Source: a virus (lineage: Duplodnaviria > Caudoviricetes). From it: a stretch of DNA of 64,000 bases. Made by a program: the position numbers and the translations under genes. Below the pieces are notes generated by a model. The model was not told where the DNA came from, did not search any database, and worked only from the letters and a program-made list of their open reading frames with translations. Below, one piece after another: positions 20,086-27,824 of this stretch. Within the stretch, counting starts at the first letter, position 1, and every line of letters starts with the position of its first letter. The stretch is from positions 1 through 64,000 of IMG/VR virus record IMGVR_UViG_3300037419_002279; one strand, 5' to 3'.

Positions 20086-20199
20086 ATGAAAACCTGTCTC
20101 CTTCTGATCATACTCCTGGCAGGCTTCGGCGGCATTGGTGCGGCTACCTACATCTCTGCACAACCGGCGCATGCAGAGTGCAGCGGCCCGAACTGCTGA
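20086..20199 (+). CDS. Secreted Cys-peptide precursor 2 (core ECSGPNC)
   Basis: MKTCLLLIILLAGFGGIGAATYISAQPAHA|ECSGPNC. Confidence 0.85.
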   Translation: MKTCLLLIILLAGFGGIGAATYISAQPAHAECSGPNC

Positions 20200-20212
20200 T
20201 AGGCGTATTCAC

Positions 20213-20326
20213 ATGAAGATCCTGCTTTTGCTGGGCGTCCTAGTCGTTAGCTTCACCGGCGCCGGCGTGGCTGCTTACCTCGCCGCGCAGCCGGCGTATG
20301 CAGACTGCACCGGCCCGAACTGCTGA
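20213..20326 (+). CDS. Secreted Cys-peptide precursor 3 (core DCTGPNC)
   Basis: MKILLLLGVLVVSFTGAGVAAYLAAQPAYA|DCTGPNC. Confidence 0.85.
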   Translation: MKILLLLGVLVVSFTGAGVAAYLAAQPAYADCTGPNC

Positions 20327-20336
20327 TAGACCTGCC

Positions 20337-20453
20337 ATGAAAACCTGTCTCCTTGTGCTCATGCTCCTGGCAGGCTTCGGCGGTGGTCTGGCTGTCTATC
20401 TTGCCGTCCAACCGGCGCACGCAGAGGGCGGCTGCAGTGGCTCGAACTGCTGA
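20337..20453 (+). CDS. Secreted Cys-peptide precursor 4 (core EGGCSGSNC)
   Basis: MKTCLLVLMLLAGFGGGLAVYLAVQPAHA|EGGCSGSNC. Confidence 0.85.
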   Translation: MKTCLLVLMLLAGFGGGLAVYLAVQPAHAEGGCSGSNC

Positions 20454-20465
20454 TAGGCCCATGCC

Positions 20466-20582
20466 ATGAAAGCCTATCTCCTCGTGATCCTGCTCCTGGG
20501 CGCCCTCGGCGGCATCGGTGTGGCTGCCTACATCGCCGCGCAGCCGGCGCAGGCGCAGGGATGCACTGGTCCGAACTGCTGA
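20466..20582 (+). CDS. Secreted Cys-peptide precursor 5 (core QGCTGPNC)
   Basis: MKAYLLVILLLGALGGIGVAAYIAAQPAQA|QGCTGPNC. Confidence 0.85.
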   Translation: MKAYLLVILLLGALGGIGVAAYIAAQPAQAQGCTGPNC

Positions 20583-20629
20583 ACGTCTCTGAAACGTTTG
20601 GGTCCGCCGGTAAAGCTGAACAAGGCTCG

Positions 20630-20812
20630 GTGCTCCCGAAGACTGATGACCGTCTATGGCAGATCCAGGCACCGCACTTCACGGCGGGAGCCGAGTTCAT
20701 CAACGGTGTCTGCTCGCGTGCCGCGCCGATCATCCGCTGGATGGTCGGCAAGACCGATGTGGATCTGCAAGCGCACTGTCGGCGCAAGGGCTGGACGATA
20801 ACGGCCTGCTAA
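20630..20812 (+). CDS. Small conserved phage protein (APHF.AG..RAAPI family)
   Basis: QIQAPHFTAG..SRAAPIIRWMVGK..CRRKGW; GTG start inferred after AAGG. Confidence 0.6.
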   Translation: MLPKTDDRLWQIQAPHFTAGAEFINGVCSRAAPIIRWMVGKTDVDLQAHCRRKGWTITAC

Positions 20813-20955
20813 TTCCGTCCGAAAGCGCCGCTTGTCGGACGCACGCCTGACAAACCGCATTAGCAGGCGTGCGACTTGGCATTGCGGCGCCCGGTTCTCG
20901 ATTCAGCATGCCGAGCGCATATCATCGGTCAGAACCGGAAGGCGCAGCTACCATC

Positions 20956-21285
20956 ATGGATTTCCGCCTGTCGTTCGAAGGCCTCGGTGAGGTGTCAGTC
21001 AGTGAACGCCGCAAGCCGGCCGATCCTGACGCCCATTCCTACGAATCCGACGATCTGGTTGATCGAATTGACGACGTCAAACTGGATGTCTACTCGCTCG
21101 AAAAGACGCCACGCAAAGGCGCCTGCGTGCTGCTGGATATGAATGCCTACCACATCGAAAACGACGACACCGGGCGGGCATTCCATACCAGCGTCGGACT
21201 TCACCTGACGCGCGCCGAGATCACCACGCTGCGCGACTTCCTCGACTTCATTATCGAACACGCCGATGACGCTGACCCCGAATAG
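20956..21285 (+). CDS. Acidic hypothetical protein
   Basis: GAAGG RBS; Asp/Glu-rich 109 aa. Confidence 0.55.
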   Translation: MDFRLSFEGLGEVSVSERRKPADPDAHSYESDDLVDRIDDVKLDVYSLEKTPRKGACVLLDMNAYHIENDDTGRAFHTSVGLHLTRAEITTLRDFLDFIIEHADDADPE

Positions 21286-21362
21286 CGCTTTCACATGTCC
21301 GACGCCGCCTGAAATCCCCCGACCGACGAATCTAAGTCGCCCCGTTCGGTTCGGACCGCACG

Positions 21363-21396
21363 AAAAAACCGGCCGGGAATTACGGGTCCCGACCGG
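21363..21396 (-). terminator. Intrinsic terminator of the leftward operon
   Basis: Minus strand CCGGTCGGGA-loop-TCCCGGCCGG-TTTTTT. Confidence 0.75.
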
Positions 21397-21567
21397 CGCC
21401 TTGCTTTCGCTCGCAGCCTTCGCTTTTTCGGCCCGGAACTAGGTTTCGGGATGCCGCTCTTATGGCGGCGCGGCGTTATCGGCCGCGGGGGTGAGATGGT
21501 CAAGGCGTGCACTACCCTGCTAGCGTATCCACGGGGATCACCACGACGTCAGACCAGCGAGAAGCCG

Positions 21568-21780
21568 ATGGGCGCGCGCCTCTGCAAAGACTGCCGGCAC
21601 GCCGAGCAGGATCAGCACGATCGATGGATTTGTCACCACCCAAGCTCGCGCTATCAGCCGCGCCCGGACCTCGTAACCGGACAGCCGCGCGACTCTTATC
21701 AGCTTGATTGCCAGATGGCGCGCGACGGCACGCTCCCGCACGAGTGCGGCCCGGCGGGGCGCTACTGGGAAGCCAGATAG
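21568..21780 (+). CDS. Small Cys-rich phage protein
   Basis: LCKDCRHA..C..DCQMAR..ECGPAGRYWE. Confidence 0.6.
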   Translation: MGARLCKDCRHAEQDQHDRWICHHPSSRYQPRPDLVTGQPRDSYQLDCQMARDGTLPHECGPAGRYWEAR

Positions 21781-22106
21781 ATGTTCCCGACCACCTCGGC
21801 GAAAGCACAACAGGGGCCGCATAGGTCAATGTCAGGCACCGGCATAATCGGCCGTCGCAGCCATTCATACACCGCCCGGGTGGCTGCGAAGACTTCCCGC
21901 TGTTCGTAGCGCTGCGCCGGCGACAGCCTGCCGGCCTCGCGTCGCGCGTGGCGCATCATCTGGGCGACGCGTCCGGCCGTAATGCCCAGCCTGTCTGCGA
22001 TCGCACGGTAGGACATCCCGGCGGCATGGGCGCGCAGGATGCGCTGGCGTCTTTCCCATGCTTGCTGCTCGGCGAGGATGCCAGGCGGCAAATGCGCGTC
22101 ATTCAT
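21762..22106 (-). CDS. Sigma region-4-like HTH protein
   Basis: ILRAHAAGMSYRAIADRLGITAGRVAQM. Confidence 0.7.
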   Translation of the reverse strand: MNDAHLPPGILAEQQAWERRQRILRAHAAGMSYRAIADRLGITAGRVAQMMRHARREAGRLSPAQRYEQREVFAATRAVYEWLRRPIMPVPDIDLCGPCCAFAEVVGNIYLASQ

Positions 22107-22305
22107 GGGCATTCACCATCGGCACCGGATCGCAGCGCACGATCGGCGCTAACGCATGCGGATCCGACGCGGCGTTGTTCGCGACCATCCGTGCGGCCAG
22201 CGTTTCGCAGTCAGCCTGCGTCAGCAGCACCGCGCGCGCCAGTTCTGTCTGCGGTCCGATCAGCACCAGCGTCATCAGGTAGACGATCGCCGGCGCATCG
22301 CACAT
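22099..22305 (-). CDS. Hypothetical protein
   Basis: Coupled overlaps with neighbours. Confidence 0.45.
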   Translation of the reverse strand: MCDAPAIVYLMTLVLIGPQTELARAVLLTQADCETLAARMVANNAASDPHALAPIVRCDPVPMVNAHE

Positions 22306-22589
22306 CAGTCGGCCGGCCGGGACGGCGACAGATCGAAGATGCGCAGCTCGCAGCGCACCGGCTTGCCGGCCTTGCCGGCATCGGCCGCGATCTTCCGCGC
22401 TAGCGATTCGAGCATCTGCGCAGTGCTTCGCTTCGACGAAATCAGCGGCATATGCCGTCGCCCTTCCCCGGGGAACGGCAGGTCCGCCGAGAGGATACCT
22501 TCGCCGCCGTCGTCGTGAATGGCGACCCAGGCGTAGAGGCGGGTGATCCGCTGATGCGGCGGCGGCGGGTCGTCGGCGCTATAGTTCAT
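22305..22589 (-). CDS. Hypothetical protein
   Basis: ITRLYAWVAIHDDGGEGI..MPLISS; coupled overlaps. Confidence 0.55.
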   Translation of the reverse strand: MNYSADDPPPPHQRITRLYAWVAIHDDGGEGILSADLPFPGEGRRHMPLISSKRSTAQMLESLARKIAADAGKAGKPVRCELRIFDLSPSRPAD

Positions 22590-22800
22590 TGTCGGCGTCC
22601 CGTACCCGGTATGTCGTGATCAGCGGACCGGGCATCGCCAGCAGTTCCGCGGCAAGCTGGCTCTGATCCCCTGTCGCGCACAGGGCGGCGATGTAGGCGA
22701 TGATCTCGGTGCCCTGATCGGTCTGTCCGACCCACGCGCGGACCGGGATGCCTTCGTCGGTCAGGAAGATATCCGCGGTCGGTTCAAGCGTAATGAGCAT
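22579..22800 (-). CDS. Hypothetical protein
   Basis: GGGGG RBS; VRAWVGQTDQGTEI. Confidence 0.5.
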   Translation of the reverse strand: MLITLEPTADIFLTDEGIPVRAWVGQTDQGTEIIAYIAALCATGDQSQLAAELLAMPGPLITTYRVRDADNEL

Positions 22801-23071
22801 CGTCGCCCCCATGGACCGCATCGGTGACCAGCCGTGCCCAGTTGGCCCGGTCGATCGCGTAGGCGCCGTCGATGCGCGTCAGGTAGCCGAGGATCTGCAT
22901 CCGTTGCGCATCGGCCAGGCGGTCGGGCGGGGGCCGGTAGCGGCCGCCCTTGATCGTCGCGCGCGCCCAGAGGCATTCGCGTAGGACGTCGTGTTCACCC
23001 CGGGTCAGTCCGATATCGCGGGCGATGATGCGCAGGGCACGGATGAAATCAGGCGGATCGACGATTGACAC
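22784..23071 (-). CDS. Hypothetical protein (winged-helix-like)
   Basis: GTG start inferred right after the upstream stop. Confidence 0.4.
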   Translation of the reverse strand: MSIVDPPDFIRALRIIARDIGLTRGEHDVLRECLWARATIKGGRYRPPPDRLADAQRMQILGYLTRIDGAYAIDRANWARLVTDAVHGGDDAHYA

Positions 23072-23072
23072 C

Positions 23073-23573
23073 TTAGTTATCCACAGAATAGTGGATATTA
23101 CTATCACCGAACAACCGAACCTGGGCGTCGTGGGCGTCGGCCAGCAGCCGTTGCCAGCCGGCATCTTCGAGGATAAAGGCGAATCCGAGGCTGCGGACAT
23201 CCTTCACGCGTGTCGCATCGGCCAGCGTCAGGTAACCACGATCGACCAGGTCGTCGGCGCGCGGCAGGTCGCGTCCGCTGACGACGAAGCAGCCGCCCGG
23301 GGCGTGTTCGCGGGCAAACAGGCCGTTGCGCAGGACCGCATGCGCGCGCGGCAGAAGGCCCAGCAGGACGGCCGCCAGTTCAAGCTGTTCGTGGCGGGAT
23401 ACCAGCGGCGACGCATCGTCGAGCAGGTCGAAATAGCGCTGATAGGGGCGCGGCGGCGTCGGGCTGGCCGTGGGCATATCCCGACTGAGGCGAAGGTTAC
23501 GCAAATACATCGCGTCGCCAGCGTATAGGGTCGGACCGTCGGTCTGACAACGCTTGTCAGACTCGGGCATCAA
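23073..23573 (-). CDS. Hypothetical protein
   Basis: 166-aa ORF in the leftward operon; start uncertain. Confidence 0.4.
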   Translation of the reverse strand: MMPESDKRCQTDGPTLYAGDAMYLRNLRLSRDMPTASPTPPRPYQRYFDLLDDASPLVSRHEQLELAAVLLGLLPRAHAVLRNGLFAREHAPGGCFVVSGRDLPRADDLVDRGYLTLADATRVKDVRSLGFAFILEDAGWQRLLADAHDAQVRLFGDSNIHYSVDN

Positions 23574-23829
23574 GGCGCGCGCCCACCGTGGCGATCGTGG
23601 TCAGACAATCGACCATGATCAGCACGACCTGCCAGACCGTTCTTGCGTCGTCCTCGGCCAGCGGCTGCGCCGCGGTCATGGCATCGAGGGCGGCCTGACG
23701 CATCCGCGCGAAGCTCTGCACCGTCGCCCGGGTTCTGTCAGGTCCCGGCGGGCTACTGTGCCAATCGGCCAGGTGATCCAGTTCGCGCATCATGGCGACC
23801 GGGACCGATTCGGCGACGACCTCACCCAT
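23557..23829 (-). CDS. Hypothetical protein
   Basis: AAAGGAG RBS. Confidence 0.55.
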   Translation of the reverse strand: MGEVVAESVPVAMMRELDHLADWHSSPPGPDRTRATVQSFARMRQAALDAMTAAQPLAEDDARTVWQVVLIMVDCLTTIATVGARLDARV

Positions 23830-23847
23830 TCTCGCACTCCTTTGACC

Positions 23848-23880
23848 GGCCGTCGGGGACCAGCCCGGCGGCCTTTTTTT
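23848..23880 (+). terminator. Plus-strand intrinsic terminator in the 5' region of a minus-strand gene
   Basis: GGCCGTCGGG/CCCGGCGGCC stem followed by T7. Confidence 0.7.
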
Positions 23881-24020
23881 ATGCGCTCACCCGAAAATGT
23901 CTGACTTTCGCCGCGCGCCGCGGAACCGGTGCGAGACGGGCAATCTTTGCCATTGTCGCAAGTAACTTGCCAAGCCCAGATCGCACGCGATAGCGTGAAG
24001 TCAGACAAAAAGTCGGCCCG

Positions 24021-24260
24021 ATGATCACGCCGCAGCAGCAGATCGAATGCGTCCGTCGTGAGCTTCTTTACCGCCAGCGCGTCTATGCGCGGCTGGTCGC
24101 CCGCGGGCTGATGACGGCGGACGTCGCTGCCTACGAAATGGACGTGATGAACGCCGTCCTGCGAACGCTGTGCGACGTCAATGACCTACCCTGCGACCCG
24201 GTGCCCTGGGTCCCGCCCCGGCGTCGGACGCCGGTCCGACAAGCGACGCTAGCAGTTTGA
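24021..24260 (+). CDS. Small conserved phage protein (QIECVRREL..RQRVY family)
   Basis: QQIECVRRELLYRQRVYARLVARG.M. Confidence 0.65.
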   Translation: MITPQQQIECVRRELLYRQRVYARLVARGLMTADVAAYEMDVMNAVLRTLCDVNDLPCDPVPWVPPRRRTPVRQATLAV

Positions 24261-24414
24261 CATTTTGTCCTCCGGGAAGCGGCAGCCTACCTCCCATCCC
24301 CCCAACCGCACCCGGCCGGCGTCCCGGAGTCGGACAAAATGTCCTTTTTCCCCAAGGTTAGACACCCGATCATGACGGTTCGACAAAATGTTTGACATTT
24401 CAATGCAGTGAGTG

Positions 24415-24882
24415 ATGATGTCGCACGCAACGACTATTTACGGGCACGAACAGCTTGTCGGCATCGTCAGACGATCGCGCAGCCAGCCGAAGCCCATCAT
24501 CCTGGCTCTGTCGCCGGGCGAACGGCTGTTCCTGTTGCATCGACTGAAGGACCGGACTGCGACCGCCGATGCGATCGTGCACCATCCACCGCAGGGCGCG
24601 CACCTATCGCCCTGGACGCGTGATCAGGTGCTGGCGCGGCTTTCGACGATGATCGAGACCCTACGGGGCGGCAGGGACTTGATCGTCATCAATCTGCTCG
24701 ATAAGCGACTTGTCATTGAGGCGATCGAGGGCAATTCGTATTTCTCCAACATGCATAGCACGGATCCGCGCTTGACCGCCGACGCCGTCCGCGCCGCGGA
24801 TGCCTTACGCCGGCGAATCGCTTCGGCCATCGGCTGTCGCATTAAGAAGATCAAGCTGGGGGCTGGGCGCGTAAGGCTGTGA
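24415..24882 (+). CDS. Hypothetical protein
   Basis: 156-aa ORF. Confidence 0.5.
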   Translation: MMSHATTIYGHEQLVGIVRRSRSQPKPIILALSPGERLFLLHRLKDRTATADAIVHHPPQGAHLSPWTRDQVLARLSTMIETLRGGRDLIVINLLDKRLVIEAIEGNSYFSNMHSTDPRLTADAVRAADALRRRIASAIGCRIKKIKLGAGRVRL

Positions 24883-24894
24883 AGGGGAATTGCG

Positions 24895-25326
24895 ATGGTA
24901 GGGGACACGAAGAAACGACAGTACGAAGACGGGCCGCATACTATTAAATTCCTACGGGCGGCCGATAAGGCGGCCATGTGGGACGCGGCACAGCGGGCGG
25001 ACAAAACGGTGCAGGACTGGATTACCGAAGCGATCCGCGAAAAGATCCAGCGCGAACACACCACGTTCGAAGGCGAGGTGATGCCGCCTGCGTCCGAGAC
25101 GATGCCGCCGACGGGGATGTATGTAATCGACGGCCCGCGTCGGCGGCCGACGCTCGATGAATATGCCGCCGCGCTGTCGCTTGCCGAGAAGATGGCACAA
25201 TACCGGACCGGTAGTGCCAAAGGTCGCGTGAAGGGCCGCTACATCCGCGCCCTGGATCAGATCCTCGACCAAGCCCTGCCGGACCCGAAACCGCGGGCCA
25301 AGAAAAGGTCAGACACTCAGGTCTGA
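24895..25326 (+). CDS. Putative ribbon-helix-helix DNA-binding protein
   Basis: GAAGGGG RBS; HTIKF..DKAAMWDAAQRADKTVQDWITEAIREKI. Confidence 0.5.
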   Translation: MVGDTKKRQYEDGPHTIKFLRAADKAAMWDAAQRADKTVQDWITEAIREKIQREHTTFEGEVMPPASETMPPTGMYVIDGPRRRPTLDEYAAALSLAEKMAQYRTGSAKGRVKGRYIRALDQILDQALPDPKPRAKKRSDTQV

Positions 25327-25466
25327 CTTCATGTTAGACATTGGCGCCCCGTCCCGGGATCGCGCCGATGTCCGACCGAATCATCGCCCTGCTGCAATCT
25401 GAAATCACGCCGGTCCTACAGCGGCTCAGTGTCCTGGAAACGGCAGTTCGGATTCAGGAGAGGCAC

Positions 25467-25873
<407 letters not shown>

Positions 25874-25892
<19 letters not shown>

Positions 25893-26170
25893 TCCCGCTT
25901 GCGCAGGCTGTGTTCGGCGACCCGCGCCAGCACAGCCGCTCGGGCGTCCGCTGGATCGATCTTCTGGGTCGGGAACAGCGGGCGCCCGACGAAGCCGCAC
26001 CAGAGTTCGTACCAATCGAGACCGCCCGCGGCGTTCAGTTCTTCCAGCGTCTGCCCGAACACAGCTTCGAACTGCGCGCGGTATTCGGCAACCGCGGAAA
26101 ACGCGATGACCCGGTAGGGCAGGCCGTCTCGCACCCGGAACCAGGCGGCTGAATCGTCAGTGATAGACAC
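25874..26170 (-). CDS. Hypothetical protein
   Basis: [19 protein letters not shown]. Confidence 0.55.
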
Positions 26171-26420
26171 GCGTGCTGACCATCGCCGCGGCGCGGTCGG
26201 TCGCCCCGCAGGCGATTGCCTGGATGATCTCGGCGACAGACTTCGCCCGATCCGGCCCGCCGGTGCCGTCGACGACCATAGCCGCGACGATGATCGCCAG
26301 CGCGGTTTCGGCGGCGAATGCGGCTTCGTCCCAGGACATCCCGTCGCTGCGATGATGCATCAGGTCGATCGCCAGACCGACGCCGATCGCATAAGCCAAG
26401 GGGTCGGTGCTGACCTTCAT
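26157..26420 (-). CDS. Hypothetical protein
   Basis: ATGA overlap with upstream gene. Confidence 0.45.
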   Translation of the reverse strand: MKVSTDPLAYAIGVGLAIDLMHHRSDGMSWDEAAFAAETALAIIVAAMVVDGTGGPDRAKSVAEIIQAIACGATDRAAAMVSTRVYH

Positions 26421-26635
26421 GGCGTCGCGCAGGCCCGCACCGCCATCACCCGCAGCGTGCAGGTAAAGCGGGCCGCGGCGTCCGACCAAACGAGCGCCGG
26501 GCACGGGGCGCTTGCGTGCGGATAGGCAATGCGCGCAGCGGCGCAGGTGCCGACCGCACAGCAGAGGCCGCAACCGTTGCAGGGGCTGCCTTCCTCGGGT
26601 TTTGTGGGCGGCAGCCAGGGCGGACGGTCGGACAT
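26417..26635 (-). CDS. Cys-rich metal-cluster microprotein
   Basis: KP..GSPCNGCGLCC..C..PCPAL.W..FTC. Confidence 0.55.
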   Translation of the reverse strand: MSDRPPWLPPTKPEEGSPCNGCGLCCAVGTCAAARIAYPHASAPCPALVWSDAAARFTCTLRVMAVRACATP

Positions 26636-26708
26636 AGAGTCATACCTACGGCGGCTGATGTATGACTTGTCGCATAGGGCGATTCCCTTTTTCCACAGCG
26701 AAATGGGG

Positions 26709-26891
26709 TCAGCCGGTCAGCTTCGTCTTCCAGCGCGCCTGGCACTCGTTGCAGGCCCATTCGCCGGCTTCCTCCGGGATCGGCCAGCGGTTGTCGGTGT
26801 AGGACTGGCCGCAGAAATCACAGTTCTCTGGCAACCCGCCGCGCAGCGCCACCAGCAGGTCGAAGGCGGCGCGGTTGAAGTCGTCACTCAC
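26709..26891 (-). CDS. Small zinc-finger protein
   Basis: CDFC..WACNEC. Confidence 0.55.
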   Translation of the reverse strand: MSDDFNRAAFDLLVALRGGLPENCDFCGQSYTDNRWPIPEEAGEWACNECQARWKTKLTG

Positions 26892-27199
26892 GACCCATCC
26901 CAAGATATCAGGCGCGACAGGTCGATCATCCCGGCCTCTTCGAGGGCGTGCACGGCAAGGGCGATCTGCATTGTGCGTTCGCTCATCACGTTGACGATGC
27001 GCACGCGGCCGCCGCGCAGCCGATCGACGATGCGCCGGCGCAGATCGTCGTGTTCAGCCTCGTTTTCTGGCCAGACGCGGTCGGGGTCCAGGGCCGGATC
27101 GCCATCGGTGTCGATCTCGATCAGGACCGCGATGACCTTGCCGCCGGCGGGAGGGCGCGGTCGGTCCACATGTTCCGTGTCGTCCTGGGTCTTATTCAT
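26888..27199 (-). CDS. Hypothetical protein
   Basis: GGAGGAG RBS. Confidence 0.55.
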   Translation of the reverse strand: MNKTQDDTEHVDRPRPPAGGKVIAVLIEIDTDGDPALDPDRVWPENEAEHDDLRRRIVDRLRGGRVRIVNVMSERTMQIALAVHALEEAGMIDLSRLISWDGS

Positions 27200-27503
27200 G
27201 GGCTCCTCCGGTAATGGTGACCTCGGCGATACCGTCGTGCTCAAAACCGAGCCGCCGGGCGGCGGCCCGGGTTACGTCTATGACGCGACCGCGGACATAG
27301 GGTCCGCGGTCTGTGACAGTCAGACTGACACAGCGGCGATAGCGTATGGTGCAGACGCGGATCTGACTGCCAAGGCCGAAGGTGCGGGAGGCGGCGGTCA
27401 TCGCGTCATTGCGAAACGGGCGGCCGTTCGCCATCGGCCGCCCTTCGAACCAGGATCCGTAGTATGACGCGATGCCGGTCTGCGTGACCTGATCCGCGGC
27501 CAC
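27192..27503 (-). CDS. rlpA: RlpA-type (DPBB) lytic transglycosylase domain, no signal peptide
   Basis: GIASYYG..MANG.PF..MTAA..LGS.IRV..VTDRGPY..RVIDV..AA..LG. Confidence 0.85.
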   Translation of the reverse strand: MAADQVTQTGIASYYGSWFEGRPMANGRPFRNDAMTAASRTFGLGSQIRVCTIRYRRCVSLTVTDRGPYVRGRVIDVTRAAARRLGFEHDGIAEVTITGGAHE

Positions 27504-27506
27504 GGT

Positions 27507-27824
27507 CTAGGCCGCGTTTGCCTGGGCGAATGCCTTGCTCACCCGCGCATGCACCGCCCGCCCGGCATCCGTCGGCGCGACCAGGATCATCCGCGCATCG
27601 CCGGAAAATTCCGACAACTTCAGCAGTCCCCGGGCCTGCAAGGCCCGGGTTAGCCGAGACACGCGCGATCTGGACAGGGCGAGGCCTTGGGCGATTTCGG
27701 CCTGCGAGACGGGTTCGGCCATCTCGCAGCAGAAGGCGATGACCTGCAAATCGCGCGTCGTCAGCCCATCGCCGACGCCTTCGCGGTCGAGCAGCGAGCG
27801 AAAGACGGACAACAGGTCCGACAT
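27507..27824 (-). CDS. MarR-family winged HTH regulator
   Basis: SQAEIAQGLALSRSRVSRLTRALQARGLL..DARMILVAPTDAGR. Confidence 0.8.
   Translation of the reverse strand: MSDLLSVFRSLLDREGVGDGLTTRDLQVIAFCCEMAEPVSQAEIAQGLALSRSRVSRLTRALQARGLLKLSEFSGDARMILVAPTDAGRAVHARVSKAFAQANAA

Noticed and set aside
19963-20582. CRISPR array or non-coding repeat
   Set aside because: The conserved segments are in-frame coding ends (CCGAACTGCTGA) and the intervening DNA is homologous coding sequence, not unique spacers; no cas genes.
19963-20582. Lipoproteins or true arbitrium AimP
   Set aside because: No lipobox Cys at the cleavage site, and no TPR/RRNPP AimR-like receptor was recognised nearby; the link to arbitrium is architectural only.
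21291-21512. Basic 73-aa minus-strand ORF
   Set aside because: It runs through an intrinsic terminator and has no clear RBS; likely spurious.
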